Assembly: GCA_965216565.1 (NCBI GenBank)
Contig: OZ244170.1
Span: 2,016,001 to 2,080,000, forward strand
Direction of reading: 5' to 3'
Length of the DNA stretch: 64,000 bases
Source: Bythopirellula sp.
Lineage (GTDB): Bacteria; Planctomycetota; Planctomycetia; Pirellulales; Lacipirellulaceae
Shown: piece after piece, positions 45,635 through 56,746 of the stretch
How positions within the stretch are numbered: position 1 is the stretch's first letter
How the letters are laid out: the number at the start of each line of letters is the position of its first letter
Made by a program: the position numbers and the translations under genes
The notes under the pieces: model-generated
The model's input: the letters and a program-made list of their open reading frames with translations, nothing else
The model's database searches: none
What the model was told of the DNA's origin: nothing

Positions 45635-45929
45635 CTCGCAGCGTAACGAACATGCCCACGCGATACCGGAGTAACAGGCAGCGTGGCCATGCGCTTCGAC
45701 CAACAACCGTCCGCAAGCTCTTCTCTGGCGTGGGCATGGCACCCTCGGGATTACTGCCCTGAGCGAAAAGACTTCGACAATGTCGAACTATCTGCCGTAG
45801 GGTGGCGCCGTTAGGCCCACCGATAGTAAAACCACTGCATCAACCGACACGGTGTGCCGCCGCGTTGCTTTGGCACACCCTACCTTCCTGGCCGGTAAGC
45901 GGCCCGCGACTCAACCCGACGATCAGAGC
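45593..45929. repeat. Composite REP/BIME-like repeat block (A + B)
   Basis: A at 45593-45744, B at 45797-45883; 45755-45929 is a ~175-bp direct repeat of 42601-42775. Confidence 0.9.
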
Positions 45930-46720
45930 GGCTCGGGTTGGACGGGGGAACGTAGCTGCACGTTGTCGGAAGGGGTTGTTGCCGTCTCGTCTTTTTCGAG
46001 CGTCACCAACACCTCCCGCATCGCCGACGTATCGCTCGGGAATTTCACGATTGCCGAGCCTCGCAGGGCTTCGGCTTCAATTTGAACGACGCTCGAGCTG
46101 ATCGCGTTCTGCTTCTCGTCGAGGAGCCATAGCTTGTAAGTCTCGCCAGAAACTGCATCGAAGTTGAAACCAAAGAAATGGCCTTCGCCCGCTTTGTAGT
46201 CGTAGACTAGGGCTCCATGCAGATTCGAATCTTCTCCCACGGGCTGAAGCGATGCAAACTGAAGCTGAGCTCTTCCAAACGTTTTCTCTAGCTCTTGCAG
46301 AGTTTGCATTTGTTCGGCAAGCTCTTGAATTCGGTGTTGTTCCGCGTCAGCTACCTCCATCTCAACCGAATCCCTGGCTTGACGCGACCAGAGAATCGAA
46401 AAGGTTAGCGCGAGAAATACGCTGGCAGCTAAGGCATACTTCCAGAAACCACCACGGGACTCTTGCTGGTCGAGGCTGGCAGGAGTTGTTGTGCCGGCGC
46501 CCGCAATTCTTCGCATGACGGCAGCCTCCAGCTCGGGACTTACCGTCGGGGTTTCGAGCGCAGCGGGCATCAATAGCCAGGTATCCTGTAACTCTACTGA
46601 TTCGCTCTGGCACTTTGAACAATGGTCCAGGTGCGCACGAACCTCATCAGATAAATTCGGCTCTGGGCCGTCGAGATAAGCTACCTCGAGTGCTTCGCAT
46701 ACTTGGCGGCAATCGATCAT
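45923..46720 (-). CDS. Anti-sigma factor (RskA-like: zinc finger, TM, extracytoplasmic domain)
   Basis: HLDHCSKC (HxxxCxxC); TM WKYALAASVFLAL; YKLWL and VTLE....TPS RskA motifs; ATGA overlap with the sigma gene. Confidence 0.85.
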   Translation of the reverse strand: MIDCRQVCEALEVAYLDGPEPNLSDEVRAHLDHCSKCQSESVELQDTWLLMPAALETPTVSPELEAAVMRRIAGAGTTTPASLDQQESRGGFWKYALAASVFLALTFSILWSRQARDSVEMEVADAEQHRIQELAEQMQTLQELEKTFGRAQLQFASLQPVGEDSNLHGALVYDYKAGEGHFFGFNFDAVSGETYKLWLLDEKQNAISSSVVQIEAEALRGSAIVKFPSDTSAMREVLVTLEKDETATTPSDNVQLRSPVQPEPL

Positions 46721-47316
46721 CCTGATCCTCCTGCACCAGTGCTGTGGAAAATAGTACGCAGTTTCAACATCCCTCTGCGAATGTGCGACTTTACGGTCCC
46801 TAGTGGGATATCTAATCGGTCGGCAATCTCAGCGTGTGATAGGTCTTCGTAAAAAACAAGTTCGAGAGTATCACGTTGGCCCGGTTGTAACTCTCGCATA
46901 GCTTGCTTCGCAATTCCGTGGAGTTCGCTGTCTGTGGCCAATTGAGCCGAATCGTCACGCTCCGAGGCCAACTCGGACTCCATACTTCCCTTACCGGCCA
47001 CGATGACTGATTTTGTCCTACGGTTGACCCGGTAGCGATCTATCGACCGAGAACGAGCAAGCAGTAGCAAGTAACTTCGAGGCGTGGAACGGGATTGATC
47101 GTAGCGAGTTTTCTTGGACCATAGCTCAAAGAATACTTCGGAGGAAACGTCTTCTGCATCTTGGGCATTGCCCAAGATCCGCTGACACACTGCCAGCACA
47201 TCAGCAGCATGACGACGAAAGAAGTGGCCAAACGCCTCTCGATTGCCGTCGAGGATCTGTTCGACAAGCTCCAAATCATCTTGTCGGCAATCATCGTTGC
47301 TCACGGTTACCCTCAC
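46717..47316 (-). CDS. ECF RNA polymerase sigma factor (SigK-like)
   Basis: DAEDVSSEVFFELW, LARSRSIDRYR, LSHAEIADRLDIPLGTVKSHIRRG. Confidence 0.92.
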   Translation of the reverse strand: MRVTVSNDDCRQDDLELVEQILDGNREAFGHFFRRHAADVLAVCQRILGNAQDAEDVSSEVFFELWSKKTRYDQSRSTPRSYLLLLARSRSIDRYRVNRRTKSVIVAGKGSMESELASERDDSAQLATDSELHGIAKQAMRELQPGQRDTLELVFYEDLSHAEIADRLDIPLGTVKSHIRRGMLKLRTIFHSTGAGGSG

Positions 47317-47361
47317 TGTAACTCAGACCAAAACGATGAAAGTCCTGTGCCATGAATTCTT

Positions 47362-47388
47362 TACGAAGACCTGCTTTTGTCCGATGCG
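47362..47388 (-). promoter_or_regulatory. Putative autoregulatory ECF promoter CGCATCG-N16-CGTA
   Basis: Minus strand, ~45 bp upstream of the sigma gene start. Confidence 0.6.
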
Positions 47389-47451
47389 AAATACTCGGAT
47401 TCGACCAATTGGCCTTCGCTTGAATTTTGACTACTAAAATTGGCATAAGTC

Positions 47452-48027
47452 TCATATAGAATTGGGTTTATCGGCGTTTGGAGGACCAAAGGCTCGTTCG
47501 AATTTTAGAGGAAAAACAGCGTCGGTCATCCAACAGCCCTCGTACGGTAGCACCGATTGTTTCGAAAGCACCCAAACGAATGGATGAACATTCCCTTCTC
47601 GCACGGCGGTGACGAGGATGCGTACTTGCTCGGCGTCAAAGACTGATTGGCCGATCAGAACCGTTTCAGGGTTCGCTAATGCGTCGAAAGGGGGCTGCCG
47701 AACCATCTGGGCGAAACGGACCAAAGGACCTGTCACAGCTCGATTATTAGGCGAGGCAAACGTCATACATTGCAAAATTCCTTGCGTAACATCGTCACTC
47801 GCCAATCCATCAAGTTGTATCTGCACGACCTCCTCGGGCGTCAACTCGGGCCTCGGTTGTTCGACCGCTTCAACGGTGGCCAAAACGCTTTCCAATTTTT
47901 TTTCTGAAACCGCCGATTTGGCCACCTGGGGCGGCGCAGGATTCGGCAAAAAAATCCAAATCAAAAACATAGAAAATACAACATATAGTGTGGGCCGAAA
48001 AAAGTCATACAAGCGGTAGGAAGTCAT
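47452..48027 (-). CDS. DUF4864-like membrane-anchored protein
   Basis: P.PELTPEEVVQIQLDGL, FASP.NR..TGP..RF..MV, GCWMTDAV. Confidence 0.7.
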   Translation of the reverse strand: MTSYRLYDFFRPTLYVVFSMFLIWIFLPNPAPPQVAKSAVSEKKLESVLATVEAVEQPRPELTPEEVVQIQLDGLASDDVTQGILQCMTFASPNNRAVTGPLVRFAQMVRQPPFDALANPETVLIGQSVFDAEQVRILVTAVREGNVHPFVWVLSKQSVLPYEGCWMTDAVFPLKFERAFGPPNADKPNSI

Positions 48028-48067
48028 CGTAATTCGCCGTCTGTTTGAATGGTCATCTGCTCAAAAT

Positions 48068-49201
48068 CTAGAATCCGATAATTTCGACATTGAATAATCG
48101 TTCGTAGGTCCAAACCCCAGCCAATAACGCGATCAACAACGAACCGCCGCGAAGAAATAGCCACTTATAAATCCAAGTTCCCCGCAACAGATACACTATT
48201 GGGAAAAACACCAGCACGATGGCGATCTGCCCGAGTTCGACACCGACGTTAAAGCCCAACAACGCCACCGCCATCGCAACATTGCTCAATCCCAAATCAA
48301 GCAGGACGTTCGCAAAACCAAAGCCATGAACCAATCCAAACATAAATGCAATCGCCCAGCCTGACAAAGGTAGAACGGGATAAAGGTTGTTTAGCGCGGT
48401 CACGACAATCGATATCGCAATGGTCGCTTCCACCATTTGGCTCGGCAGGGTGACGTATTCCATCACCGCAAGCCACAAGGTGATCGAGTGCGCCACAGTG
48501 AAGACGGTGACAATTTTCAGCACCGCCATACATGCGGCCCGGAAGTCCTCCACCGGACGCCAGCTTTTTTCCTTCTGCACCAGCACAGCCGGCAGGAGCA
48601 GAGAGAGCAGGAACAGAATATGATCGAACCCGATCCAAATGTGCCAGACACCCTCGCGGGTATAATCCACAAACGCGTGCCAGAGCCCCGACTGCTGATC
48701 CGAGAGGTTCACAGTTCGTCTGTCTGGCGCAAGTACATGGGTACTTGTGCTGGTGCCATCGGAAAACAGAACTAGTCCACGGTGAGTAGGGTCAACATCG
48801 AAGAGAAGATCGTATTCCACGCCAAAATCACCTGCGTCCTGCGGCGAATCTGCCTGCAGCATTAGCGCTGCGTAGCCCCCGTCGCTGTGTTGAGAGACCC
48901 GTAGATCGACGATCTGTAGCTCAATCTCTTCATTACCCCTTAATAGCTTGAGCCGGCTAAGTGCATGGGCGAAGATCCCCGAGCGTTTTTCCTTCAACTC
49001 CCCCCAAGTGATCTCGCCATTCTGATCTGAATCTAAGCCAATTAAGTGCTCCAGATCCTTAATTGCAATGTCCCATTGCACAGATAGCTGAGCATCTTCT
49101 TGCTTAATCTTTAAATAGCTATCACTCGGTTTATGCGCCCACGCCGGTGTGGCAGCTACACACACAATAAGCAACAGGAATGTTCGTACGAAATGCTTCA
49201 C
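48068..49201 (-). CDS. HupE/UreJ family protein with exported N-terminal domain
   Basis: AWAHKPSDSYL; HIWIGFDHILFL, FTVAHSITL, FGLVHGFGFA, FNVGVELGQ. Confidence 0.9.
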   Translation of the reverse strand: MKHFVRTFLLLIVCVAATPAWAHKPSDSYLKIKQEDAQLSVQWDIAIKDLEHLIGLDSDQNGEITWGELKEKRSGIFAHALSRLKLLRGNEEIELQIVDLRVSQHSDGGYAALMLQADSPQDAGDFGVEYDLLFDVDPTHRGLVLFSDGTSTSTHVLAPDRRTVNLSDQQSGLWHAFVDYTREGVWHIWIGFDHILFLLSLLLPAVLVQKEKSWRPVEDFRAACMAVLKIVTVFTVAHSITLWLAVMEYVTLPSQMVEATIAISIVVTALNNLYPVLPLSGWAIAFMFGLVHGFGFANVLLDLGLSNVAMAVALLGFNVGVELGQIAIVLVFFPIVYLLRGTWIYKWLFLRGGSLLIALLAGVWTYERLFNVEIIGF

Positions 49202-50442
49202 TTGGGATCCAATTCCTCGACCAGCTTGCTCAAGGCAGCGTGCTCCGTTCCATGTTTCTTAAGGAATTCGAGCACCGGTTGGGCTGCTTGGGGGTCCTCT
49301 GCTGCAATTGCAGCTTCTAAGAAAATACGTGTATCGCGAATTTCCTTCTGCTTCTCCCAGTTTGCCTGGGCCAGTTCTAGGGCACGTTGAGGGTCATCGA
49401 GCACTTCCAGCGCAAACCGCGATTCGAACCTGCCGTGAGGCTCGCTACCGCGGAGCCGAATTTCGTCGAAACGCGTCTGCAGTTGCCTCTGCCACTGAGA
49501 TGCCTCAGGCTCGTTGCCTAAGCGTCGTGCTGCAATTGCGAGTCGCAGCAGAATGCCATTGTCGCTTTGGTGTTCAGCGAGCCGATCCAACACTTCGCTC
49601 TCTCGGCCTCGATCCAGCAGGAAGTCGGCATAGGATCGCAGCAGATAGAGGTTAGTGGGATCTGCTTCCAAACCGCTCAGGAAAACTTCTTCCGCCTCGG
49701 TATCACGTCCCAACGCAACTGCAATTTCAGCCTGCATTGTCAGAATCCAGCTTTCGGTACTAGGAAACTGCTCTTGGGCCAGGGGCATTAGTTCTTTTAA
49801 CTGCGCAAAAGCCTGCTCAGCTTGGCCTGTCAAAGCCATAATCGGAGCGTTGCAAAGCATCGTTGGTATGGGGCCGGCGAATTCATCTAGCTTTCGACCC
49901 ACTTCAGTCGCTTGAGCATACTTCCCCTGCACCCGATAGATATTGGCCAGATTGATCCAGGCCTGTGCGTCCCGAGGCTCTTGCTCTAGCAGTAACTTCA
50001 GATCAGTAGCCGCCTCATCGTACCGATGATCTTTCTCTTTCAACTTAGCCCGTAACGCCAAAGCCTCGGGTTCGATTTCTTCCGTATTCCACCAAGGCCC
50101 GAGTGCGGCACGCGCATAGCCATAGTAACGCGGGTCGCCTTCAGCATTCCCCAGTTGGACATATTGGTTCGCCAATTTCACCGCAAGATCGGAGTTTTCT
50201 GGATTATTTCGCTGCCGCTCGCGTAGTTTTTCAAATTCTGTGCGATTCGCAAGTAGCGTCCTGGGCAGGGTTTCCAGCACTTCTTCATCTGTTTTAGGAA
50301 TATATGCATCGGATGCCGCCCCTACGCTCGTAAGACAAATAGTGAGCGTGGTCATCGCTAGGAACTCAGCAACGACGCGATTAGCTATCCACGGACTGGT
50401 GAGTATTCGCGACGCATGTGGAGGATTGATCGTCAGGTTCAT
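49198..50442 (-). CDS. Tetratricopeptide-repeat protein
   Basis: GDPRYYGYA..AL.PWW; TPR-like helices; YADFLLD; ALELAQANW..Q.E..D; true start probably downstream. Confidence 0.8.
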   Translation of the reverse strand: MNLTINPPHASRILTSPWIANRVVAEFLAMTTLTICLTSVGAASDAYIPKTDEEVLETLPRTLLANRTEFEKLRERQRNNPENSDLAVKLANQYVQLGNAEGDPRYYGYARAALGPWWNTEEIEPEALALRAKLKEKDHRYDEAATDLKLLLEQEPRDAQAWINLANIYRVQGKYAQATEVGRKLDEFAGPIPTMLCNAPIMALTGQAEQAFAQLKELMPLAQEQFPSTESWILTMQAEIAVALGRDTEAEEVFLSGLEADPTNLYLLRSYADFLLDRGRESEVLDRLAEHQSDNGILLRLAIAARRLGNEPEASQWQRQLQTRFDEIRLRGSEPHGRFESRFALEVLDDPQRALELAQANWEKQKEIRDTRIFLEAAIAAEDPQAAQPVLEFLKKHGTEHAALSKLVEELDPK

Positions 50443-50601
50443 CGAGCAATTGATCGTTGAAGGATTCGTGTCAAGTTGAGTTTAGTCATACCGTTTCTGT
50501 GTCGCAAGAAAAATGGCAATCTTCAAGATAGAAAGTAAAGCTAGTGAATGTTTGTAGTCATCTACAACAACTAACTAATTACTAACTTCTTAATGAAGAT
50601 T

Positions 50602-50628
50602 TGCATCTAATGCGAGAAGCGTCGCGTA
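50602..50628 (+). promoter_or_regulatory. ECF-sigma-type promoter TGCATCT-N16-CGTA
   Basis: ~115 bp upstream of the DUF4331 ATG. Confidence 0.65.
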
Positions 50629-50741
50629 CTACTCATCAGAACAGACCGACACTTTTAAGCCGCAACTTCTTAAATACTTAAATACTAATTATTGAGCGGT
50701 TGCTAGGCATTGCTGATGTTTACCCCTCTGGAGATCCCTCT

Positions 50742-51797
50742 ATGTTTAATCGAAATACGCTAGTGCTCCTGGCAATAGGAGCAGTCTTTACTATATCGGC
50801 TCCTTCCTCTCAAGCTGCAGACCACTTGGACGCCCCCTCACTTTCTGGCAATGGTGATCAAGACATCAACGATCTCTACGCTTTTCAGTCTCCGAACGAT
50901 CCTAATAGCACTGTCCTGATCATGACAGTAAACCCTTTTGCGGGCGTCATGAGCAACAAAACCTTCGGTAGCGATGTGACTTACGAGTTTCAGATTGATA
51001 ACGACGGCGACGCCGTGGCCGATATCACCTACTCTTCCACGTTCACCACTCCTATTGCGGGTAATCAGACTCTGACGACAAACCGCAACAATGTTCTGTA
51101 TGCCACCGGGGCAACGGGATCTAACATCACTACTACCGCTGGTGGAACAGTTCATGCAGGTCTTTTTGAAGATCCATTCTTCTTCGACCTGGTTGGTTTC
51201 CAAAATACGCTCGACCCGAACTCCTCGGCAACCTTCACTGGCGACGACACGTTCGCAGGTGCCGACGTCTCGGCAATTGTCCTAGAACTGCCAAGCTCAG
51301 AGCTAGGTGCATCGAACATCGGTGTCTGGGCTCGCACCGTCGTCGGTGGAAACCAGATCGATCGAATGGGACGGCCTGCAATCAATACCGTGCTCATTCC
51401 GTCGGGCAAAAAGGATGCATTTAACGAAGGAGCTCCTGCAAACGATCCCAATGCTTTTGCCGCGGACGTCCAAGCTTCCATCGAAAGCCTCAATGGAGGC
51501 GACCCGAATCACGCAGCTGGTCTTACTGGAATCCTGCTGCCTGATGTGCTTACCATCGACACTTCAAATCCCGCAGGATTCTTGAATGGTCGTCAACTTG
51601 CGGACGACGTGATTGACGCCGAACTGGGTCTACTAACGCAAGGTGCGATTACTACCGACATGGTCGATACGAATGACGTTGCCTTTTTGGGAGTGTTCCC
51701 ATACTTAGCACCGGCAAACGTTCCGGAACCATCCTCGGCAATCCTGGCGCTCGTGGCGTTGGCAACGAGTGTCCGCAGGAGACGTCAGCTTAGTTGA
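50742..51797 (+). CDS. DUF4331-domain PEP-CTERM protein
   Basis: ADHLDAP, DINDLYAFQSP, EDPFFFDL, QIDRMGRPAINT, NGRQLADDVID, FPYLAP; VPEP-TM-RRRR. Confidence 0.9.
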   Translation: MFNRNTLVLLAIGAVFTISAPSSQAADHLDAPSLSGNGDQDINDLYAFQSPNDPNSTVLIMTVNPFAGVMSNKTFGSDVTYEFQIDNDGDAVADITYSSTFTTPIAGNQTLTTNRNNVLYATGATGSNITTTAGGTVHAGLFEDPFFFDLVGFQNTLDPNSSATFTGDDTFAGADVSAIVLELPSSELGASNIGVWARTVVGGNQIDRMGRPAINTVLIPSGKKDAFNEGAPANDPNAFAADVQASIESLNGGDPNHAAGLTGILLPDVLTIDTSNPAGFLNGRQLADDVIDAELGLLTQGAITTDMVDTNDVAFLGVFPYLAPANVPEPSSAILALVALATSVRRRRQLS

Positions 51798-51843
51798 CGT
51801 CCCGCAAGCATCCCCCCACTCTAATTTTTAGAGTGATTCCCGT

Positions 51844-51878
51844 AGAGCCTGGCCCCGCAATGGCCAGGCTCTTTTTTT
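51844..51878 (+). terminator. Rho-independent terminator
   Basis: AGAGCCTGGCC-ccgcaat-GGCCAGGCTCT + T run. Confidence 0.85.
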
Positions 51879-52086
51879 GCGCTATGGAACAATTGCTTCG
51901 TGCATAGCTCGCCCCTATCACTTAGCCAAAGATCGGTGAATCGAGCACATTCCGGCAACTCTTGCTCTGCTCTCTCCAGCAACGCTTGCAAAGGTCCCCC
52001 AATCAGGGTATCAAAAGTCGTTCACAGGCTCCTCGGGCATGGACCATTTTCTCCGTATAGATAGAACAGATAAGGATTCGTAGTAC

Positions 52087-53397
52087 ATGGCATTCTTTCC
52101 TGAAATCGACCGCATTCCTTTCGAGGGCCCTGAAAGCAAGAATCCACTTGCCTTCCGATATTACAATGCCGACGAGATGGTCGAAGGCAAATCGATGCGT
52201 GACCATCTCAGGTTTAGCGTTGTCTATTGGCACACTTTTCGTGGCCAAGGCTCCGATCCTTTTGGACCAGGAACGGCAGTGCGTCCTTGGGACGATGGCT
52301 CCAAATCGATCGAGAACGCCCAGAATCGAGTTCGAGTTGCTTTTGAGTTTATGGAAAAACTAGGCGCTCCGTACTATGCATTTCACGATCGGGATGTTGC
52401 CCCGGAAGGGGGCTCGCTCGCCGAGTCAAACAAAAACCTCGATGCCATTGTCGAAGTCTTGCAAGAAGAGCAACAGCGGACTGGGATCAAGCTCTTGTGG
52501 GGCACGGCAAACCTATTTAGCAATCCGCGATATATGCATGGCGCGGCGACGAGTCCCAATAGCGAAGTGTTTGCGTACGCGGCCGGCCAAGTCAAGAAAG
52601 CCATGGAAGTGACTCTCCAGCTGGGAGGTGAAGGGTATACCTTCTGGGGAGGACGAGAAGGCTATCAGAACTTGTGGAATACAAACATGAAACGGGAACT
52701 TGACCACCTGGCTCGGTTCCTGCACATGGCAGTCGACTATGCCAAGCAGATTGGCTTTAAGGGGCAGTTCTATATTGAACCAAAACCTAAAGAGCCGACA
52801 AAGCATCAATACGACAGCGATGCCGCCGCGTGCCTCAATTTTCTTCGGCAATACGATCTGCTCGACCACCTGAAACTCAATCTCGAAACCAATCATGCCA
52901 CGCTTGCAGGGCATACGATGCAGCATGAGATGGATGTTGCCGGTAGCGCGGGAGCACTCGGTTCGATTGATGCAAACACGGGTGACATGCTCCTCGGCTG
53001 GGACACTGATCAATTTCCTACCGATATCTATCTGACGAGCCAGTGTATGTACGAATTGATGAAATACGGAGGGTTTTCAACGGGCGGGGTCAATTTTGAT
53101 GCGAAAGTTCGCCGAGAAAGCTTCGAGCCCATCGATCTATTCTACGCCCACATCGGTGGAATGGATGCTTTTGCACGCGGGCTGAAGATTGCTTCGGCGA
53201 TGCGGGCCGACGGTCGATTGGAAGGTTTGCTCACCGAGCGATATTCCAGCTGGGATCGCGGGTTAGGAGCAGAGATCGAAGCTGGCGAACATAGCTTTGA
53301 TTCTCTGGAAAAACTAATGCTCGAAAAGGGCGAACCTGCTGCGAATGTCAGTGGCAGACAAGAGATGATCGAGAACCTCATTAATTGCTATTTGTAG
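52087..53397 (+). CDS. xylA: Xylose isomerase (class II)
   Basis: [65 protein letters not shown]. Confidence 0.97.
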   Translation: MAFFPEIDRIPFEGPESKNPLAFRYYNADEMVEGKSMRDHLRFSVVYWHTFRGQGSDPFGPGTAVRPWDDGSKSIENAQNRVRVAFEFMEKLGAPYYAFHDRDVAPEGGSLAESNKNLDAIVEVLQEEQQRTGIKLLWGTANLFSNPRYMHGAATSPNSEVFAYAAGQVKKAMEVTLQLGGEGYTFWGGREGYQNLWNTNMKRELDHLARFLHMAVDYAKQIGFKGQFYIEPKPKEPTKHQYDSDAAACLNFLRQYDLLDHLKLNLETNHATLAGHTMQHEMDVAGSAGALGSIDANTGDMLLGWDTDQFPTDIYLTSQCMYELMKYGGFSTGGVNFDAKVRRESFEPIDLFYAHIGGMDAFARGLKIASAMRADGRLEGLLTERYSSWDRGLGAEIEAGEHSFDSLEKLMLEKGEPAANVSGRQEMIENLINCYL

Positions 53398-53603
53398 ACC
53401 GGCAAATCTAAACCAGGCATATAGGCCTTGAGTCAGGCATCTCTCGAGGGAAGGGACCAGTCGCATCCGGTCGCAAGTTTGTTGCGGATGATTGGAGTCG
53501 GTACAATAGGAAACTGGTAATACGCACATCTGCAGTTGCTTTTATCGGGTGAGTCCGTTCCAAGACATCACCAGTCTAGTCGTCCAGCGCAGTTACGTTC
53601 CTA

Positions 53604-56600
53604 ATGCAACTAACTCTTAGTCCATCTTGCATTGCCTTTCGTCTGCTGGTTGGAGGGTTTGTTACTCTCGTAACTGTAGTGCTTCCCTGCTTTGGAGAAG
53701 GCGAGTCGCAGACGCCGGTTGATTTCAACAAGCACATTCGGCCAATCCTATCGGACGCCTGTTTTACTTGTCACGGGCCTGATGAAGATGCTCGGCAAGC
53801 GGAACTGCGACTCGATCACCGCGATTCGGCAATCGCAGATCGCGGGGGGTATGTCGCGGTTGCTCCGGGTGATGCTAGTAGCAGTGAACTCGTCCAGCGA
53901 ATAACTTCCAGTGACGAAGCACTCGTCATGCCTCCCCCCGAGTCAAAACGAAGCCTAACCGCTGCCGAGGTTCTTCTACTGCAGCGATGGATCGACGAAG
54001 GGGCCGTCTATTCCAAGCATTGGGCTTTTGTGCCGCCCGAACGGCCCCCTCTTCCCGACTTAGATGCTGAGGGCGATCGGTGGGTTCGCAATCCCATCGA
54101 CTCTTTCATTTTTCGCAAGCTTCAAAGTGAGGGCATGGTTCCCTCGGAACGGGCAGACCGAGCCACCCTAGTTCGACGAATGCATCTCGACCTTACCGGC
54201 TTACCACCAACACTAGAAGAGCAGGACACATTCCTAAACGACAACAGCTCAACGGCTTTCCGGACGAAAGTCGAGCAGTTACTCGCTTCGCCCCATTACG
54301 GCGAACGATGGGGGCGTCACTGGCTAGATGCAGCCCGCTATTCCGATTCAGACGGCTACGAGAAAGACATGCGGAGATCCAACTGGTTCTATCGCGATTG
54401 GGTCATAAACGCCGTCAACGAAGACAAACCCTATGACGAGTTTATCATCGAACAAATTGCTGGCGACATGTTGCCCGGAGCGGGCCAGGACGAGCTCGTT
54501 GCAACAGGATTTCTTCGCAACTCCATGGTTAATGAAGAGGGAGGCGCCGATCCTGAGCAGTTTCGCGTAGAAGCGATCTTCGATCGCATGGATGCCATAG
54601 GCAAAGCAGTCCTTGGGATCACAACGCAATGCGCCCAGTGTCATACGCATAAATACGATCCGCTGACGCACAACGATTACTATGGCATGTTCGCGTTTCT
54701 CAATAGTTGCTATGAGTCGAATATCACAGTCTATACCGCAGATGAACAACAACAGATCAGATCTATTCAGCAAGATATCGCAAGAGTTGAGCAGCAGCTC
54801 AGAGAATCGCGACCCAACTGGAAAGAGGAGTTGATTGCCTGGGCCAAGTCGGAACGACAACCTAAGTCGGCATGGCAAGTCCTTCATACACAGCGATACA
54901 ACTTCACCGGCCAAAAGTTCTCATTCCTAGACGATGGCTCGATTGTCTCTCGCAGCTATGCGCCACCAAATCAAGTGAATGACTTTGTCGTCGACTCACC
55001 CGTGGGCAGGGTCACTGGCTTTCGATTTGAGCTACTTCTCCACCCCGATCTCCCGCACGGCGGCCCGGGGCGATCGATCTATGGAACCAACGCGCTCACA
55101 GAGTTCGAAGTGGCCCTCCTCAAGGACGATGGTCAGGAACAAACGCTTAAGTTCGCCTCGGCTGCTTCGGATATCAATGTTAAGGAACGGCCGATAGCGT
55201 TCCCATTCATCGATGACCGTCAGGGTCCTGAAAAGCGAATCGTTGGCCCGATCCACTTTGCGATTGATAGCGATGACAAAACAGGGTGGACGACCAATTC
55301 AGGGCCCGCAACACGCAATCAACCAAGGAAAGCAGTTTTCGTTTTGGATGAGCCGCTAGAACTGGAAGGCGGCACTAGGCTCATCCTCCGGCTAAAGCAA
55401 AACCATGGCGGGCAACTAGGCAATCAGCGGCACAGTAACATCGCTGGGCACTTTCGTTTTTCAATTACAGACGCCAGTGCACCGGAGATCGATCTCCTGC
55501 CCGAAGATGTTCGTCAGATTGTTTCTCGGAAGGTGGATACCTGGGCAGCCAATGACTGGGACCGACTTTTTTCATATTGGAGAACGACACAATCCGACTG
55601 GGACTCTTCGAATAGCCAAATCAACGAACTGCTGGCTGCATACCCAGCCGGAAGAAGCCAGTATGTTGTTTCCCCGCTTCCCACACCACGCAATACATAC
55701 CGAATGGATCGAGGCGATTTCTTAAGCCCGGCAGAGGAAGTTGAGCCACATACTCCTGATTTCTTACATCCATTCGACTCCAGCCTTAGTCGCAATCGCC
55801 TGGGTTTTGCGCGGTGGCTCGTAGATCGCCGTTCGCCAACAACGGCTAGGGCACTCGTGAATCGAGTTTGGCAGCACTATTTCGGCAAGGGATTGGTAGA
55901 AACAACGGAAGATCTCGGCTCGCAGTCGCCGCAGCCATCGCATCCAGAATTACTAGACTGGCTAGCCGTTGAGTTTATGGAATCTGGATGGAGCCTTAAG
56001 CATCTTCATAAATTAATTATCAATTCAGCAACGTACCAACAACTTTCTACATCCAGCGAAGAGGATCGAAAAATCGATCCGTACAATCGTCTGCTTGCCC
56101 GGGGTCCTCGCGTTCGGGTCCAAGCCGAAATTGTTCGAGATATCGCCTTAGCGGCCAGTGGCTTACTCAATCCCAATCTGGGTGGGCCGACCGTTTACCC
56201 GCCGGCGCCGGCATTTATTTTCCTACCACCGGCCAGCTATGGTGTGAAACAATGGGAGACGGCGAACGGACCTGCCGATTACCGCCGGAGCGTTTACGTA
56301 CAAGCTTATCGATCCGCACAATACCCGACGATGCAAGCGTTTGACGCCCCTAATGGCAATACGTCTTGCGTCAGGCGGAACCGCTCCAATACTCCCTTGC
56401 AGGCGCTCACTGTTTTGAATGAACAGCAATACATGGAGTGCGCCCAAGCCCTATCGCAACGATTGTTGCAATCAACCAGCGCCGGAGATGCGGAGAGGAT
56501 CGAGACAGCTTTTCGTTTGCTTCTCAGTCGCACTCCTACCGACGATGAGATGACAACCCTCAACACGTTCCTGGACCAATGTCGTCGGGACATCGGCACT

Positions 56601-56732
56601 CAGGGGAACCAAGCATCGAAAATTGCTGGTTTCAGTAATAGTGAATCCGACAGTGACGCCAAGGAAGCTGCCGTCTGGACACTATTAGCCAGATGTTTAT
56701 TGAACCTCGACGAAACGATTACCAAACAATAG
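53604..56732 (+). CDS. Planctomycete cytochrome c + DUF1549/DUF1553 (PSCyt/PSD1) protein
   Basis: [77 protein letters not shown]. Confidence 0.93.
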   Translation: MQLTLSPSCIAFRLLVGGFVTLVTVVLPCFGEGESQTPVDFNKHIRPILSDACFTCHGPDEDARQAELRLDHRDSAIADRGGYVAVAPGDASSSELVQRITSSDEALVMPPPESKRSLTAAEVLLLQRWIDEGAVYSKHWAFVPPERPPLPDLDAEGDRWVRNPIDSFIFRKLQSEGMVPSERADRATLVRRMHLDLTGLPPTLEEQDTFLNDNSSTAFRTKVEQLLASPHYGERWGRHWLDAARYSDSDGYEKDMRRSNWFYRDWVINAVNEDKPYDEFIIEQIAGDMLPGAGQDELVATGFLRNSMVNEEGGADPEQFRVEAIFDRMDAIGKAVLGITTQCAQCHTHKYDPLTHNDYYGMFAFLNSCYESNITVYTADEQQQIRSIQQDIARVEQQLRESRPNWKEELIAWAKSERQPKSAWQVLHTQRYNFTGQKFSFLDDGSIVSRSYAPPNQVNDFVVDSPVGRVTGFRFELLLHPDLPHGGPGRSIYGTNALTEFEVALLKDDGQEQTLKFASAASDINVKERPIAFPFIDDRQGPEKRIVGPIHFAIDSDDKTGWTTNSGPATRNQPRKAVFVLDEPLELEGGTRLILRLKQNHGGQLGNQRHSNIAGHFRFSITDASAPEIDLLPEDVRQIVSRKVDTWAANDWDRLFSYWRTTQSDWDSSNSQINELLAAYPAGRSQYVVSPLPTPRNTYRMDRGDFLSPAEEVEPHTPDFLHPFDSSLSRNRLGFARWLVDRRSPTTARALVNRVWQHYFGKGLVETTEDLGSQSPQPSHPELLDWLAVEFMESGWSLKHLHKLIINSATYQQLSTSSEEDRKIDPYNRLLARGPRVRVQAEIVRDIALAASGLLNPNLGGPTVYPPAPAFIFLPPASYGVKQWETANGPADYRRSVYVQAYRSAQYPTMQAFDAPNGNTSCVRRNRSNTPLQALTVLNEQQYMECAQALSQRLLQSTSAGDAERIETAFRLLLSRTPTDDEMTTLNTFLDQCRRDIGTQGNQASKIAGFSNSESDSDAKEAAVWTLLARCLLNLDETITKQ

Positions 56733-56746
56733 GTATCAGTCTACCG

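Noticed and set aside
42541..45929. CRISPR array or classical integron
   Set aside because: Repeats are 90-175 bp mosaics with irregular gene-sized spacing; no cas genes, tyrosine integrase or RYYYAAC/GTTRRRY attC ends are seen.
42575..46101. Short ORFs 42575..42874, 42600..42818, 42698..42934, 44526..44750, 45802..46101 and 45852..46085
   Set aside because: They are translations of the palindromic repeats, with near-identical peptides recurring and no RBS or domain.
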